DNA from: Fistulifera solaris
Lineage: Eukaryota
Direction: 5' to 3'
Assembly (NCBI GenBank): GCA_030295235.1
Contig: AP026142.1
Location: forward strand, 1-64,000
DNA length: 64,000 nucleotides
The stretch's first letter is position 1, and each line of letters begins with the position of its first letter. The notes beneath the pieces are model-generated. The model was not told the DNA's origin. It worked only from the letters and a program-made list of their open reading frames with translations, and did no database searches. Below are positions 22,095 through 33,011 of this stretch, piece after piece. The translations under genes were made by a program, and so were the position numbers.

Positions 22095-25000
22095 TTATCC
22101 GCTGTTGCGCATTCCCTGTGCAATGCCGTTAATACTTAGGATTAAGGCGTCTTTCAATATCTCCTTCTCTTCCTCTTCTTCCGATGATAGATTCTCTTTC
22201 TTTTCCAAACCTCGGAATCGTTTCATTAGCTCTGCTTGAAGAACATTGATCGGATCCACGTAAGGGTGACGAATGGTACTACTCGCTCGCATGAGTTCCG
22301 AATGTGCACCGCCATAATCCTTCGATTCGGTGACGGCCAGCACAGCTTGACGTGTTTCTACCAACTTGGCTTTGACCTCTTCTCCCAATTTGTCGAGACC
22401 ATTTTTCTTCTCTACTAGTTGCTCATCGTAGTTTCGACTGATGCTGAAATCAGTCTTACTCAAAATCATGGCAATCAAATCAATCGTTTCGCGGAACCAC
22501 GGCCATTCCTTGTACATTTCTCGCATAGTTTCCAACTCTTCTTTGTTTTCGGCTTTTAGCCCGGCCCCTACACCCAACCATGCCGACAAGAGTGTGCGTG
22601 TTTGTGTCCATGCGAATGTCCAAGGGATTGCACGCAGACTTTCAATGCCTCCTTTGGGATTTCGCTTGGCAGGACGACTTCCAATATTCAAACTGCCCAA
22701 CTCAAGCTCTGGCGTGGCTTGGCGAAAGTAGGGTACGAAACGCGGTTCGTTTCGAACTAGATGACGGTAATCCTCGCAAGACTTATCACTAACTTTTTGC
22801 ATCTGAGCAAGCCACTTGGCACTGGGGATAACGTGTTCCTCGAAGGCTTCTCGGCAAACAGCTGCAGTGTAAATGTCCAACGTACGTTCGGCGATCCACA
22901 CAGTTCCGAAGTTTTGCATGATCATTTCACCTTGTTCCGTAACTCGGAAGCGACCTTTGATAGTATCGGGAGGATGTGATAGAATGGCCCGGTAGACACT
23001 CGGATTGCCACCACGTCCAACCGTTCCACCTTTGCCATGGAAGAAAGTCAAATCAATCTTGTGTTTTTCAGCAACTTGCGCCATGGCAACCTGTGAATTA
23101 TACAAGACAAGACTAGCCGCTAGACGCCCCGCGTCCTTCGCGCTGTCACTGTATCCTACCATGACTTCTTGTTGGTTTTGAATCTCACCGCGATAAATGC
23201 CGATGCTGAAAAGCGTTTGGAGAACAGAAGGCGATCGAAGTAAATCATCCAAAGTCTCGAAAAGAGGCACAACTCGCATAAAATTACCATTACGAGATGT
23301 CATGCCGTAATTCTTCTGAAGCAACATGACAGCCAAAACATCGGAGGCCGTCTGTGCTTGACTAATGACATAGGCACCCATTGAAGACGGATGTAATTTG
23401 CTGATGGTCTCGAACGTTCGGAGTGTCGTGACCGCTGAAGCATCAAATCCCAGTTTATGCAAGTCGCGAAGAGGGTACAGGGGTCGCTTGTTGGCCAGTT
23501 CGCTTTGCAACCAAGTTAAACGGGCCGACTCGTCCCATTCTTTGTAACTTCCGATTCCTAGCCATCGTGTAATCGCATCCAAGGCTTCCGTGTGTTTTGT
23601 CGATTCCTCGCGAATATCCAGAGGCAAAAGACTGAGACCAAAAACGCGTAAGCGACGTATAACATCCAACAAATGGCCATCAGCTACCAAGCCGAAACCC
23701 GTCTCTACCAAACTCTCATGCATGATTTTAAGTGGTTCCATAATATCATCGAGATCCACAATCGGTTCCACCTTTTCCCAGCCAGGAACAAGTTGAATTT
23801 CAGCTAGTGGAATTTGGTACCCCGTACTTAACGCCGCCAGTTGCTGTTCATATTCACGAGCTGTTCGACTCAAACGCTGAATCAAATGTCCGATCACACG
23901 GCGGTATTTCTCCCGTTCATGATGCGACTCCTTAATGGTGGCCGCGTACTCCAGCAACCGATCAGAAAAGCGATAACTAATGCCCAACTCGCCCAACAAA
24001 ACGTAGAAATCTTGCAACAGCAAGCGGGCGGCACGAAGACGTTGTTGTAGAACAACTTCGAGGGTCACATCCGGAGTAACATTCGGATTGCCTGCATGAA
24101 TAGCGTGGAGGAGGTAAAGGTTTAGTCACTCGAGCTTTTTTTAGATATTGTTTCTCCATCAAATATTTCACGTACCATCACGGTCGCCACCAATCCAAGA
24201 AGAAAACTTAATAGGAACGGTATCCACAGGCAGACGAACACCGAGGGTAAGCTGACATTGCTGATCGAGTTTACGTAAATACGCCGGAACAGCTTCCCAC
24301 AATGTATTTTCCACAACTGCATTACCACCAGCCGCCTCTTCCTGGGGCGTCGGCTTCAAACGACGGATTTCATCGGCTCCCCAAATGCTACTAATGATCC
24401 GCTTGAGATCCGTTTGTGTCTGATACGCATCAAATTTGTTCTGCTCCATCACGGCCTTGTCGTATTGCATCAAGCAATCGCTGACCTTACGGTATTTGCG
24501 GAGCAAACTCTTTCTCTGGACTGCAAGGAGAAAAACTGTTAGAAAAATTTTAACGCGACAAATCGACAACTCTTTTCAATCCAATACATTCCTTGTGTCG
24601 GGTGGGCCGTAATGACGATTTCTACCTTCTGCTGCGCCAGCTGTTGAATAATCTCCTTTGGCGAAATGCCCTTCTTCAAAAGGCGCTCCATAGTGAGTCG
24701 CATGGAGTCGTCGCTGAGAGGTAAAGGACCCGCTGTGACGTTTCCCGCAGCTGAATCGTGCTGCCGCGTCATGCGATTGCGATGATGCACTTCGGCCGCA
24801 TTGACGAGGTTCAACATGATACTAAAGGTGCGCATGACTCCGAGAGCCTCACGTGCCGAAAGTTGTTGCGCCTTCTGAATCATTTTCGGGAGCGCTTCTG
24901 TGTCCCCACTTGCACGATCCAAACCAAGCTGACGGAAGGATTGATAAAGATCGTGAATAGCGGCGTCTTCTTCTTGAACGATTTCTCCCAGAATGTTGGA

Positions 25001-25198
25001 TAGTTTGTCAAGATCTTGCAGAAGGGGAGCATCACGGACTTTGTTCAAACTGCCTTGCATCGACAACGGTTCACCGACGTGGGCAGTGTCACCAATGTTC
25101 TCTACCGGCTTGACGGGCATGGTTGCACCGCCGATAACCGTAGAGAAAGCGGCAGCTTGCACGGGTGCCGATAGGCAGAATAGGCTGATGATTCTCAT
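22095..25198 (-). CDS. PEPC: Phosphoenolpyruvate carboxylase with signal/bipartite presequence
   Basis: TAHPTQ, SWIGGDRDGNP, VMVGYSDSAKDAG, FHGKGGTVGRGG, SLRAIPW and C-terminal GMRNSG; introns 24521-24591 and 24092-24175; N-terminus MRIISLFCLSAPVQAAAF. Confidence 0.97.
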
Positions 25199-25794
25199 CG
25201 TTTTGTCTCTGTTGCTTTGCGACTATAGTACGACGCGCTCTCTCAAGAACTTGCACGCCCTTGTTAGTATTGAGCCAAGTAAGACTTGATTTGATTTGCA
25301 AAACTCAAGTGAGAAAGAGAATAATGCATCGAGATCTTCTCGTCTTCTTTTTCTTCACCGGCAAAAATGAGCGGTGGAGAAAAGGTTGTTTCTGAAAAAG
25401 CGAAGCCACTCAACATTGGCCCTGAAAAATGTCCGAGAAGGACACTCTGTCTCTTGAGTTCTATCTCGTCAACCTGTACCAGGTACGCAGTCCTGAACTT
25501 TCATTGGAACCTGCAACGTGCGTCACACCTCAGTCCACGTCACGTGCGTCAGACCCGCAAAGGTTCTCCGTTCTTGGCAAGCTCGCGCGATGCGCGTTTT
25601 GCGGTATCGCCGGCCACTACGCATCGGTACTGTAGTACAATGCATTACTATAAGACAACATTTTGCAGGAGCAGTTGTCGTCACACGCAGCCATGTTTTT
25701 ATTGCATGCAATCAAAACGGCGAAACGGGCGCGAGAATGCAAAGAAAAAGTCGCATAATACCTTGTATCTTTTCACAATTATCATCGGCGTAAT

Positions 25795-26484
25795 ATGATC
25801 CGTTCACAGGCATGTTTCTGGATTTTCGTGCTCTTCCGCGCGCAATTTGCAAGAGCAAAGCCATTTGGCTCTTTTTCTACTAACCGTCGTAACGTACCCA
25901 ACAATCTGCTGGCGTCTGTTTCGTTCGAGATGGATGATATTGATGAGCTTCTAGTTGCACCCGTATCATCAGCGACTAAAAATAAATCATTCGGCTTTGA
26001 CTTGTCAGAGTTCGCAGAATCAATTGTCAAATCAGTGGCGGCTGTCTTGTTTGCCAAGTGCGTTTTTGCTCTGACGGCTAAACGAAAACAAACAGACGAT
26101 TCAGCAGCAACTGACAACGAGGAACAAACAAATACTTTTCCGACTTCCTCTACATATTCGGTACCGCCACTTTCGGCTACGGCTGACTGGAAAGAGATTA
26201 TCGAGCGTGTCAATTATTTGCAAGCAACTTTGCACGATTATTTCGACCTCTGGAGCCGTCAAATGAACGAACACGATAGTGGTATGAATACAGGATGGGT
26301 TACCTGTATGGAAGTATCGGAACAAAATGCTCATGTGATCCACGAGTTGAATGAGAAACTGGAAGATTTACGAAATCAAGTGCAAGAAATGGGAAAATCA
26401 CAAGTTGCGGAAGAAGAAACAATTATCGAAACAGTCACAACCGTTGAGTCCGAGTCCCCCATATCGAAAGATTTAGAAGAATAA
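25795..26484 (+). CDS. Hypothetical protein (signal-like N-terminus, TM segment, coiled coil)
   Basis: 229-aa ORF with plausible composition; no recognised domain. Confidence 0.55.
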   Translation: MIRSQACFWIFVLFRAQFARAKPFGSFSTNRRNVPNNLLASVSFEMDDIDELLVAPVSSATKNKSFGFDLSEFAESIVKSVAAVLFAKCVFALTAKRKQTDDSAATDNEEQTNTFPTSSTYSVPPLSATADWKEIIERVNYLQATLHDYFDLWSRQMNEHDSGMNTGWVTCMEVSEQNAHVIHELNEKLEDLRNQVQEMGKSQVAEEETIIETVTTVESESPISKDLEE

Positions 26485-26529
26485 AAGTGCAAACGTTGAT
26501 GTAACAACGGAAATAAAGTATTGTTCTAT

Positions 26530-27264
26530 CTATATGTGCGTCAATTGAAACAAATGGCATCCCATCCAAGGTCCCCACTTACACTCTGGAATCGCTCGCA
26601 ATTCATCCGTCACATCCGAACCTATCCAGCCGAAGTCACCCAACTGCTCTAGAAATAAGGCATGTACCTTTGCGCAACGTATTTGAACGCAAAGGTACAT
26701 GCACGCGTCCGGCTTGGCGAAATATTGCATGGTTTCCAACAACGGTTGCACTAATTCGGGCGAAAACAATACGTCCGTCGCTACAAGTGTATCAAAGCTA
26801 TGAGCCGTTACTGACGATGCGATTGCATCTTGTTGATATCGTGTCCAATCCATTGCGCATACCTTGATGCGCGAGTCCTGTTGCAGTTGATTTGTTGTAA
26901 CGTTCTTGTGGACTTGAGCGACGACTTGGGCCGTGTCCGTCACTGTCACATGGACAGAGTCGTTTGCCAGGGCCAATCCCAGTCCTAGCAAACCACAACC
27001 CGCGCCTAATTCGAGCACATTCTTTCCGATTTTTACTTTGGATAACAGTAGAAAGTTCAGTAACAAAACGCTTGTTTCCCAGACGATTCCTCCCGTGTGT
27101 TGCTCGTGAACTTGACTGTCTTGATGAATGTGTAGTGTCCGAGCTTTGTTAGGGAAGCGAAACGTGACAACGGGGGTATTAGCTAGTTCAAAGAAAGCAT
27201 TTGATACATCTTCCTCGGTGCAAACTCCCTTCAATACATCTTGAATGATTGTTTTGTTGCTCAT
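26530..27264 (-). CDS. METTL21/Methyltransf_16-family protein methyltransferase
   Basis: TGGIVWE, VLELGAGCGLLG, VTD, DW and ATDVLF motifs. Confidence 0.9.
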   Translation of the reverse strand: MSNKTIIQDVLKGVCTEEDVSNAFFELANTPVVTFRFPNKARTLHIHQDSQVHEQHTGGIVWETSVLLLNFLLLSKVKIGKNVLELGAGCGLLGLGLALANDSVHVTVTDTAQVVAQVHKNVTTNQLQQDSRIKVCAMDWTRYQQDAIASSVTAHSFDTLVATDVLFSPELVQPLLETMQYFAKPDACMYLCVQIRCAKVHALFLEQLGDFGWIGSDVTDELRAIPECKWGPWMGCHLFQLTHI

Positions 27265-27305
27265 TTTTCCGAAATGAGATCAATTTTGACTGCGCGGCGG
27301 GCGAC

Positions 27306-27412
27306 GATTTTCTCTGCACGTCAAAACGCAAATACCCAGATTTTCTGTTGAGGAAAAGAATCCACATACCCAGATTTTCTGGGTACGTGAAAATACAATC
27401 TCCAGATTTTCA
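27306..27412 (+). repeat. Degenerate ~33-bp tandem repeat (4 units), related to 56706-57056
   Basis: GATTTTC at 27306, 27339, 27373 and 27405; units such as CCCAGATTTTCTGGGTACGTGAAAATAC. Confidence 0.75.
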
Positions 27413-27738
27413 CTCAAGGCAATATTTCCGTCCAAGACAAATGTAGGAATTACGCGATGGAAGTGTAGCTTAACACTTATTTTATTTCATGGGAGCATGA
27501 AAAATGATGAACTTCCAAGCTCATGGATGATTTGTATTCTGACTCGATAAACATTGACTCACGAGACTCATGACTCTACAAAGTAGAGAATTCAGTCGTT
27601 CTAAGTTGATATTACACTTTCGCCTATAGTAAATTTACAAGTCGCACGTCAAAGACAAAAACAAAAACGTTGGGCACTGCCCAATGCCCAATGCAACGCA
27701 ACGAGCGACTTTTGTTATTCCATTGTATAATATGAAAT

Positions 27739-29343
27739 ATGAATCATGTAAAGCCTTCTCAGGCGAGCTCCTTTGGATGGTGGATCGTAGCTTGGTCATG
27801 TTTTCTTGTCTCAATTTGGAATTATATTCGTTTGCATCCCCAAACGAACATCGTGCGGATGCAGTTGTACAGCCATTGCAATAGCTCGTACACGACACAA
27901 CAATCTATAAATCATCGACGATTACAACAACAACAACAACGCACAACAATTACACCTCGACCGACACGGATCTTGTATATTGTCACCAGTATGAACGAAT
28001 ACGATACCGGAAAACGCTCGACGACGAAAGGTTACGATCGCTTTCAAAACACCATTTTGCCGGTATTGCAAGAATCCATGACGAGTATATGGCAATGGCT
28101 GCAGCAGCAGCATCGTTTATCGAATAATCAGCCATCAGCAACGGAACAACCGCATTTGCATTTGTATTTTGTGGCGCATTACAATGTGACTCGCATGGAT
28201 TTGCTACAACAATTAATACAGGGAGTCAAATACTCCAATCCATTACCTCGTTCCGAAAGTCACATTACATTCGATGTGTGGCATCAAGCCACGCCTTTGG
28301 GATATGCGTATGACAACAACAAGTCGCCGGACCGCATTTCGGAAATTACTCGTGGTTTGGCGCGACAACAAAGGTACATTGTCAAGGATTTGTTGGAAGA
28401 CTATGACATGGTGGTGGCGTTTGAAGATGATATGTTAGTACACGGCAGTGCATTAGAACATTACTGGACATGGACGCAAAAATTGTATCAAGGACGTTAC
28501 GGGGCAGCGAAACAGGCGAATTATACCGTCCAAGAGGCTTTGACACGATTTCATGGGGACATGACTCTGATACAATGGCAGCGCATGATACCCGGGTTTA
28601 TGCGCGTCGAGGCGCCTCTCGTCGACTTTGTTCCGACCACCAACAATCTCTATTCGCAAATCCCGCCTAATTATTCATGGGACGATACTGCCGAGCGACA
28701 CATTGATCCGTCATTTTGTTGCCATACTACTTGGGATGAAAGTGTAACACGCATTCCTGCCCATCCGCAAGATTTGTATTTCTGGGAAACGTCGATCGAT
28801 GTCTTGGGTATTCGGCAGTTGCCGACTGAGGAATGGGTACTATTGTTGGCAGGTAACAATGATGCCTTGTATCCTAAAGCGGAATATATTATTGGTGATT
28901 ATTATCCTCAGGATTATTACAACAATACACCCCGCCCCGACCGGACCAAAAGTCGATACATGAGCAATCAAGGCGGATGGATGGGAACACGGCATCAAAT
29001 AGTCGAGTGGCATACGCATTGGTGTCACGGGGGCTTCTTGCCTCCGTTTCTAGCACCCTATCACAAGTACGATGGTTTGCATTTACAAAGTGTCGAGTAC
29101 TGGAGTGGCGGAGGACAGCTCGTGGGACCACACGCGTGTCACTTGCAGCGCATCATTCCCTTGGAACCGACTGAATTCAGTCGATCCTTGCTGTATCATA
29201 CAAGCAACAACAAACAGCGCTCACCTAATGTGCGACATAAATTCTCGAGTCGAACTATCGACGAATTTTGGGCCCAATTAAATACAATTCGCCATCGGGC
29301 TATTCGACTTATGGAAGGAAAGGAAGAAATGAAAGCAGGTTGA
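27739..29343 (+). CDS. Type II membrane protein, glycosyltransferase-like
   Basis: N-terminal TM, RRLQ motif, RILYIVTS strand and AFEDDM DxD-like motif; 534-aa intact ORF. The function is inferred. Confidence 0.65.
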   Translation: MNHVKPSQASSFGWWIVAWSCFLVSIWNYIRLHPQTNIVRMQLYSHCNSSYTTQQSINHRRLQQQQQRTTITPRPTRILYIVTSMNEYDTGKRSTTKGYDRFQNTILPVLQESMTSIWQWLQQQHRLSNNQPSATEQPHLHLYFVAHYNVTRMDLLQQLIQGVKYSNPLPRSESHITFDVWHQATPLGYAYDNNKSPDRISEITRGLARQQRYIVKDLLEDYDMVVAFEDDMLVHGSALEHYWTWTQKLYQGRYGAAKQANYTVQEALTRFHGDMTLIQWQRMIPGFMRVEAPLVDFVPTTNNLYSQIPPNYSWDDTAERHIDPSFCCHTTWDESVTRIPAHPQDLYFWETSIDVLGIRQLPTEEWVLLLAGNNDALYPKAEYIIGDYYPQDYYNNTPRPDRTKSRYMSNQGGWMGTRHQIVEWHTHWCHGGFLPPFLAPYHKYDGLHLQSVEYWSGGGQLVGPHACHLQRIIPLEPTEFSRSLLYHTSNNKQRSPNVRHKFSSRTIDEFWAQLNTIRHRAIRLMEGKEEMKAG

Positions 29344-29855
29344 ATCGTTGCAAGACGTCATAGTTGGTAGAGTCGTCGTGGCCTAGACTACTCTATGATG
29401 AAATAGTTTGAAAAGAAAGCCAGATGCTTGCGTAGTCGACGCGTCAGTTATGATCACGGCGCCAACGGTCGGTGAATTGAAGTAACTATTTCTTTCAATC
29501 ATTACTACGTGGTGAGCGGAATAGGACGGAACCTTAGTGTGAACCCGAATAAACCTGTTCGAATAGCGGCCCGCCTTCTCTTTATCTTTCGCTTACCAGG
29601 TTATCCCTAAACAACGAACACATAGAGGCCGACTTACCTGTCTGTTACCGGACAGACATTAGCACGTTTTTCTCGTCTCTTGTATGCCGTGGCGGTGGCG
29701 GTCATTATTTCTTCGACGACTTATTGCCGCAATGAAAATGGCGATGGACGAGGTTGGGGCGTTAAAACTATAACTATCATCCATTCATAAGTCACCAAGA
29801 AATGAACTGAAAAGCAACTCCTAGACGAACGTTTGCCTTTTTGACTTGGTTAGAA

Positions 29856-30974
29856 CTATCGTTGCTCTCTTTCCGTAGAATCATTTCCCTGTTGCGATGT
29901 GCCCGAAGTGAATGGCTCCGAATGCGCGCCGAGCAAATATTGCAAAAGTAATGCTCGTCGCTGATTCAGCATCTCGGCAGTTGTCGGTTGTTGCAGCAAC
30001 TGCTGTATCAGAAGATTGTTACGTTGTATTGCGTTCGCGAAACGGAGATTATCGAGAGGCGAAGAGACACTGGCTGCTGTTGAAGGATCCAGTGACATGG
30101 AATGCAGCTGCTGTTGAGGGATCGAAGAACTTAAGGACTGAGAAACCGGCAAAGGAAGATTGTTACGTATGCTTTGGTGTAACAGAGCGGCCATGCGGTC
30201 ACTTGTAAGTGCGTTCGACTGATGCTCTGGGAGTATTCCTGGTGGTTGTGAGAAATAAGGCCGCAAAAGATCAGAAGTTGGTTTTTCGAGCCTATTCCAG
30301 TTCCCGGGAGTTGGAGTCGACTGATTCGTCAACAGAGCTGCGACGGGAGACAGCGCTTGGTTGAAAGGAAGACTACTTGGCTGTCGCAGTGCCGCCTGCA
30401 GTTGGAAGAGCGATAACAGCGACTCATACGTGCTGGCCTGTGCGTTCGGTATCGAAATATCACTCGCTTGCGATGCAGACACGCCACTGTGATGACGACT
30501 CTCGCTAATGGTCACTGCGTGTTGCTCGACGTTGGTATCAGAATTTTGTTTCGCAGATGGCTGATCTTGTAACATGGAACTAAAGTCGGGGTCTTGTTGT
30601 GGCCTCCATGCAGCAGGTTTTGCATCACTTGGAATACGTCGCATCAAATTTAAGAGTCCCGGCTTATCACGACGAAAATATTCGTGATAGTACGTCTTCT
30701 GATCGTCGCCTCTCCGCCGAACGCGAGAAAATCCGTAAAGATTCAACTGCCTTTGAAAAGAAGCAAACATATGGTGCTGAAAGTACAAGCGTAGGACCTG
30801 ATCAACCAACGCCTTTCGATCATGGATGGCAAAAGATAAGCCGTGTGGTTGCCAACTGCATATGTGTGCGTAACCTTTCGAATCGGCGGAAGTCAGCATT
30901 TCATGAAGTAGCTTTGGAAACTGAGACGGAAACCCGTGTTTGGCTTGTTTCGATGGATTATCGCTTGAGCTCAT
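29856..30974 (-). CDS. Heat shock transcription factor (HSF DNA-binding domain)
   Basis: FPKLLHEML, ICSWQPHGLSFAIHD, FASFQRQLNLYGF and YYHEYF, followed by a Q/S/P-rich tail. Confidence 0.95.
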   Translation of the reverse strand: MSSSDNPSKQAKHGFPSQFPKLLHEMLTSADSKGYAHICSWQPHGLSFAIHDRKALVDQVLRLYFQHHMFASFQRQLNLYGFSRVRRRGDDQKTYYHEYFRRDKPGLLNLMRRIPSDAKPAAWRPQQDPDFSSMLQDQPSAKQNSDTNVEQHAVTISESRHHSGVSASQASDISIPNAQASTYESLLSLFQLQAALRQPSSLPFNQALSPVAALLTNQSTPTPGNWNRLEKPTSDLLRPYFSQPPGILPEHQSNALTSDRMAALLHQSIRNNLPLPVSQSLSSSIPQQQLHSMSLDPSTAASVSSPLDNLRFANAIQRNNLLIQQLLQQPTTAEMLNQRRALLLQYLLGAHSEPFTSGTSQQGNDSTEREQR

Positions 30975-32144
30975 CTATGCAACTAAATATTCAAACTTTA
31001 CAAGAAATGTGGCATTGTCTGATGAAGCCGTTGATTTAAATGCTAAAGAGAATTGACCTCGACCTCCAAGTCGGCTTGACGTCCATCGTTGAACCTTCTT
31101 TACACGCTTTGTTTTCTATTTTCTACCACGTGTACACTTCCCAACTACGTAGGAATTGGAACATGTTCGTCGTGCCGTAGAAATATGGCACATTAGTCCC
31201 TACAGTCCGTAGTAGAATACGCGAATTACGGAAGGAAAGGAACGATCCTTGATTCATTCTTTGATTCTTTATGTCACGTTATTTTTCAGTACTTTATCGG
31301 AATAGAGCATAGAATCTCGCGACTCCGCCGAACTCTGAACTTTGAGTACTGCTGAAACCATTGTTTCTTGCTTCTTTGTCGCTCTGTTTCCTTATGCGTA
31401 ACCTTAAGTCAACGAAAAACGAAAACCCCTCATGGCTCATTGCTGAAATGTCAAGACGCAAATATCTTTGGTAGACTAGGTTTTTACATCAGAAAGTGGA
31501 AAGGGAAATTTAAGAACAATAGTCATTCCAGCAACATCTTCAAAGGAAGCAACACCGATTATATTGCTTTCACCCGGTCATCGTTTTGTTCATCAGTCCG
31601 TAAAACATTTGTTGTTGTTGAAATAGTCCGTTGAAAGCACATTTGCGGAAAAATGAGGCGACACTTTGTGTTTACAAAAACTTGGAATGAACTAAAGCCT
31701 TGATTATTGAGGAGAAAACAATGAGATAATCAAAGTAATTTTAAAGAAGTTTAAGAAATCTTTGTCGATGATCCGGGATCGTTGTTGCATGATAGGATAC
31801 CAGGTAACAGATGCAGGGATTTTCCCTACTGGTCCTGAATCCTTTTTGAAATGACGAAATATCTTTGGACCAGTTGCTTCCAAGTCCTCGACGACAATCA
31901 AAAATTAAAGCAATGTCGCGAATGCACCACGAAGCTAGGTGCATCACGCATATTGCACACTCACTTGTGGCTCATTGGAATGATCAATGAGGTCGTTCTT
32001 TCAGTGCTGTAGCTCTCTACACATTTCCCGCTGGTCTTTTGGATATATGAAAGCTATATTGTATGCTTGAGCCACTTCTCGGCATGATCTACCATTGCGC
32101 ACCTGAACCTTTTTGATTTCCCCTACTACAATCTTCTTTCCTAA

Positions 32145-32301
32145 TATTTATTCCTTATTTCCTAAAGTCAGAATGTAATTTTGACATTCGACTGAATTTT
32201 CCATTTTTCGTTTCACATATATATTTTATTCCTAATTTTTTAATCGTCAGAATCTAATCTTGACATTCGACTGAATTTTCCACTTTTCATTCACATATAT
32301 T
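32145..32301. repeat. AT-rich imperfect tandem duplication (~79-bp period)
   Basis: GTCAGAAT.TAAT.TTGACATTCGACTGAATTTTCCA...TTCACATATAT at 32167 and 32246. Confidence 0.85.
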
Positions 32302-33011
32302 TCAGTCTTTCATTTTGTCACCTTGCTTCGCGTGCAAGTATTTTGTTGATGTTGTTATGTTGGCCGTTTTCCGTTGGCCGTGGTTCATGGTCATACCTAC
32401 TACTCTGTAGCCTGTAGTAAATGTAAACGGATTGATGAAAAAATAAAATAATCCGCTGTTGAGTCCGCTGTACATAGCAAAACAACAAAACCGGTTTTGT
32501 AATTTGTCCATAGAAGGGGGCTATGGTCCACGGCAGGTTAGGCGTTATTAGGCCTGGCTTCCAATTCCTGTGCAGAAAGTTCTGCGTTCCGCGAAAAACG
32601 AAAGCGCTGCTATTATTTGGGAACGTTTGTAAATCGGACGGGAGGGATCGGTTTTCTGTTTTCTGTAGATACTACTGTCAGTTGTCTTGGATTTTAGATT
32701 TTAGCATTTCAAACTCTATATATACATATATATATATTAATGTATTGGACAAGCGGACTTTCTCTTGTTCTATTAACCTTTGAACTAGTGACAAAAAGTT
32801 CTATAAATGAATAAAGCTGCAGTCGCGCCCAATGTACTATTTCTTGGAAGATCAAGATTGGACCAGGGAAATCACGACCAGCAAGGGCGAGAAGTCTTCA
32901 CACCTTTCGATCTCCCCCATTTTTCCGATTGACAAAGCCAACAATCGAGCAGCCTCGTTCGGCATACTTCATAACAATCAGAGCAAAAAGCACATTTACA
33001 AACAATTACAG

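Noticed and set aside
3855..25198. PK and PEPC as a PEP-metabolism gene cluster
   Set aside because: They are separated by several unrelated genes and probably act in different compartments; no evidence beyond proximity.
31700..31950. Possible transposase remnant
   Set aside because: Short ORFs with no recognisable catalytic motif, TIRs or TSDs.
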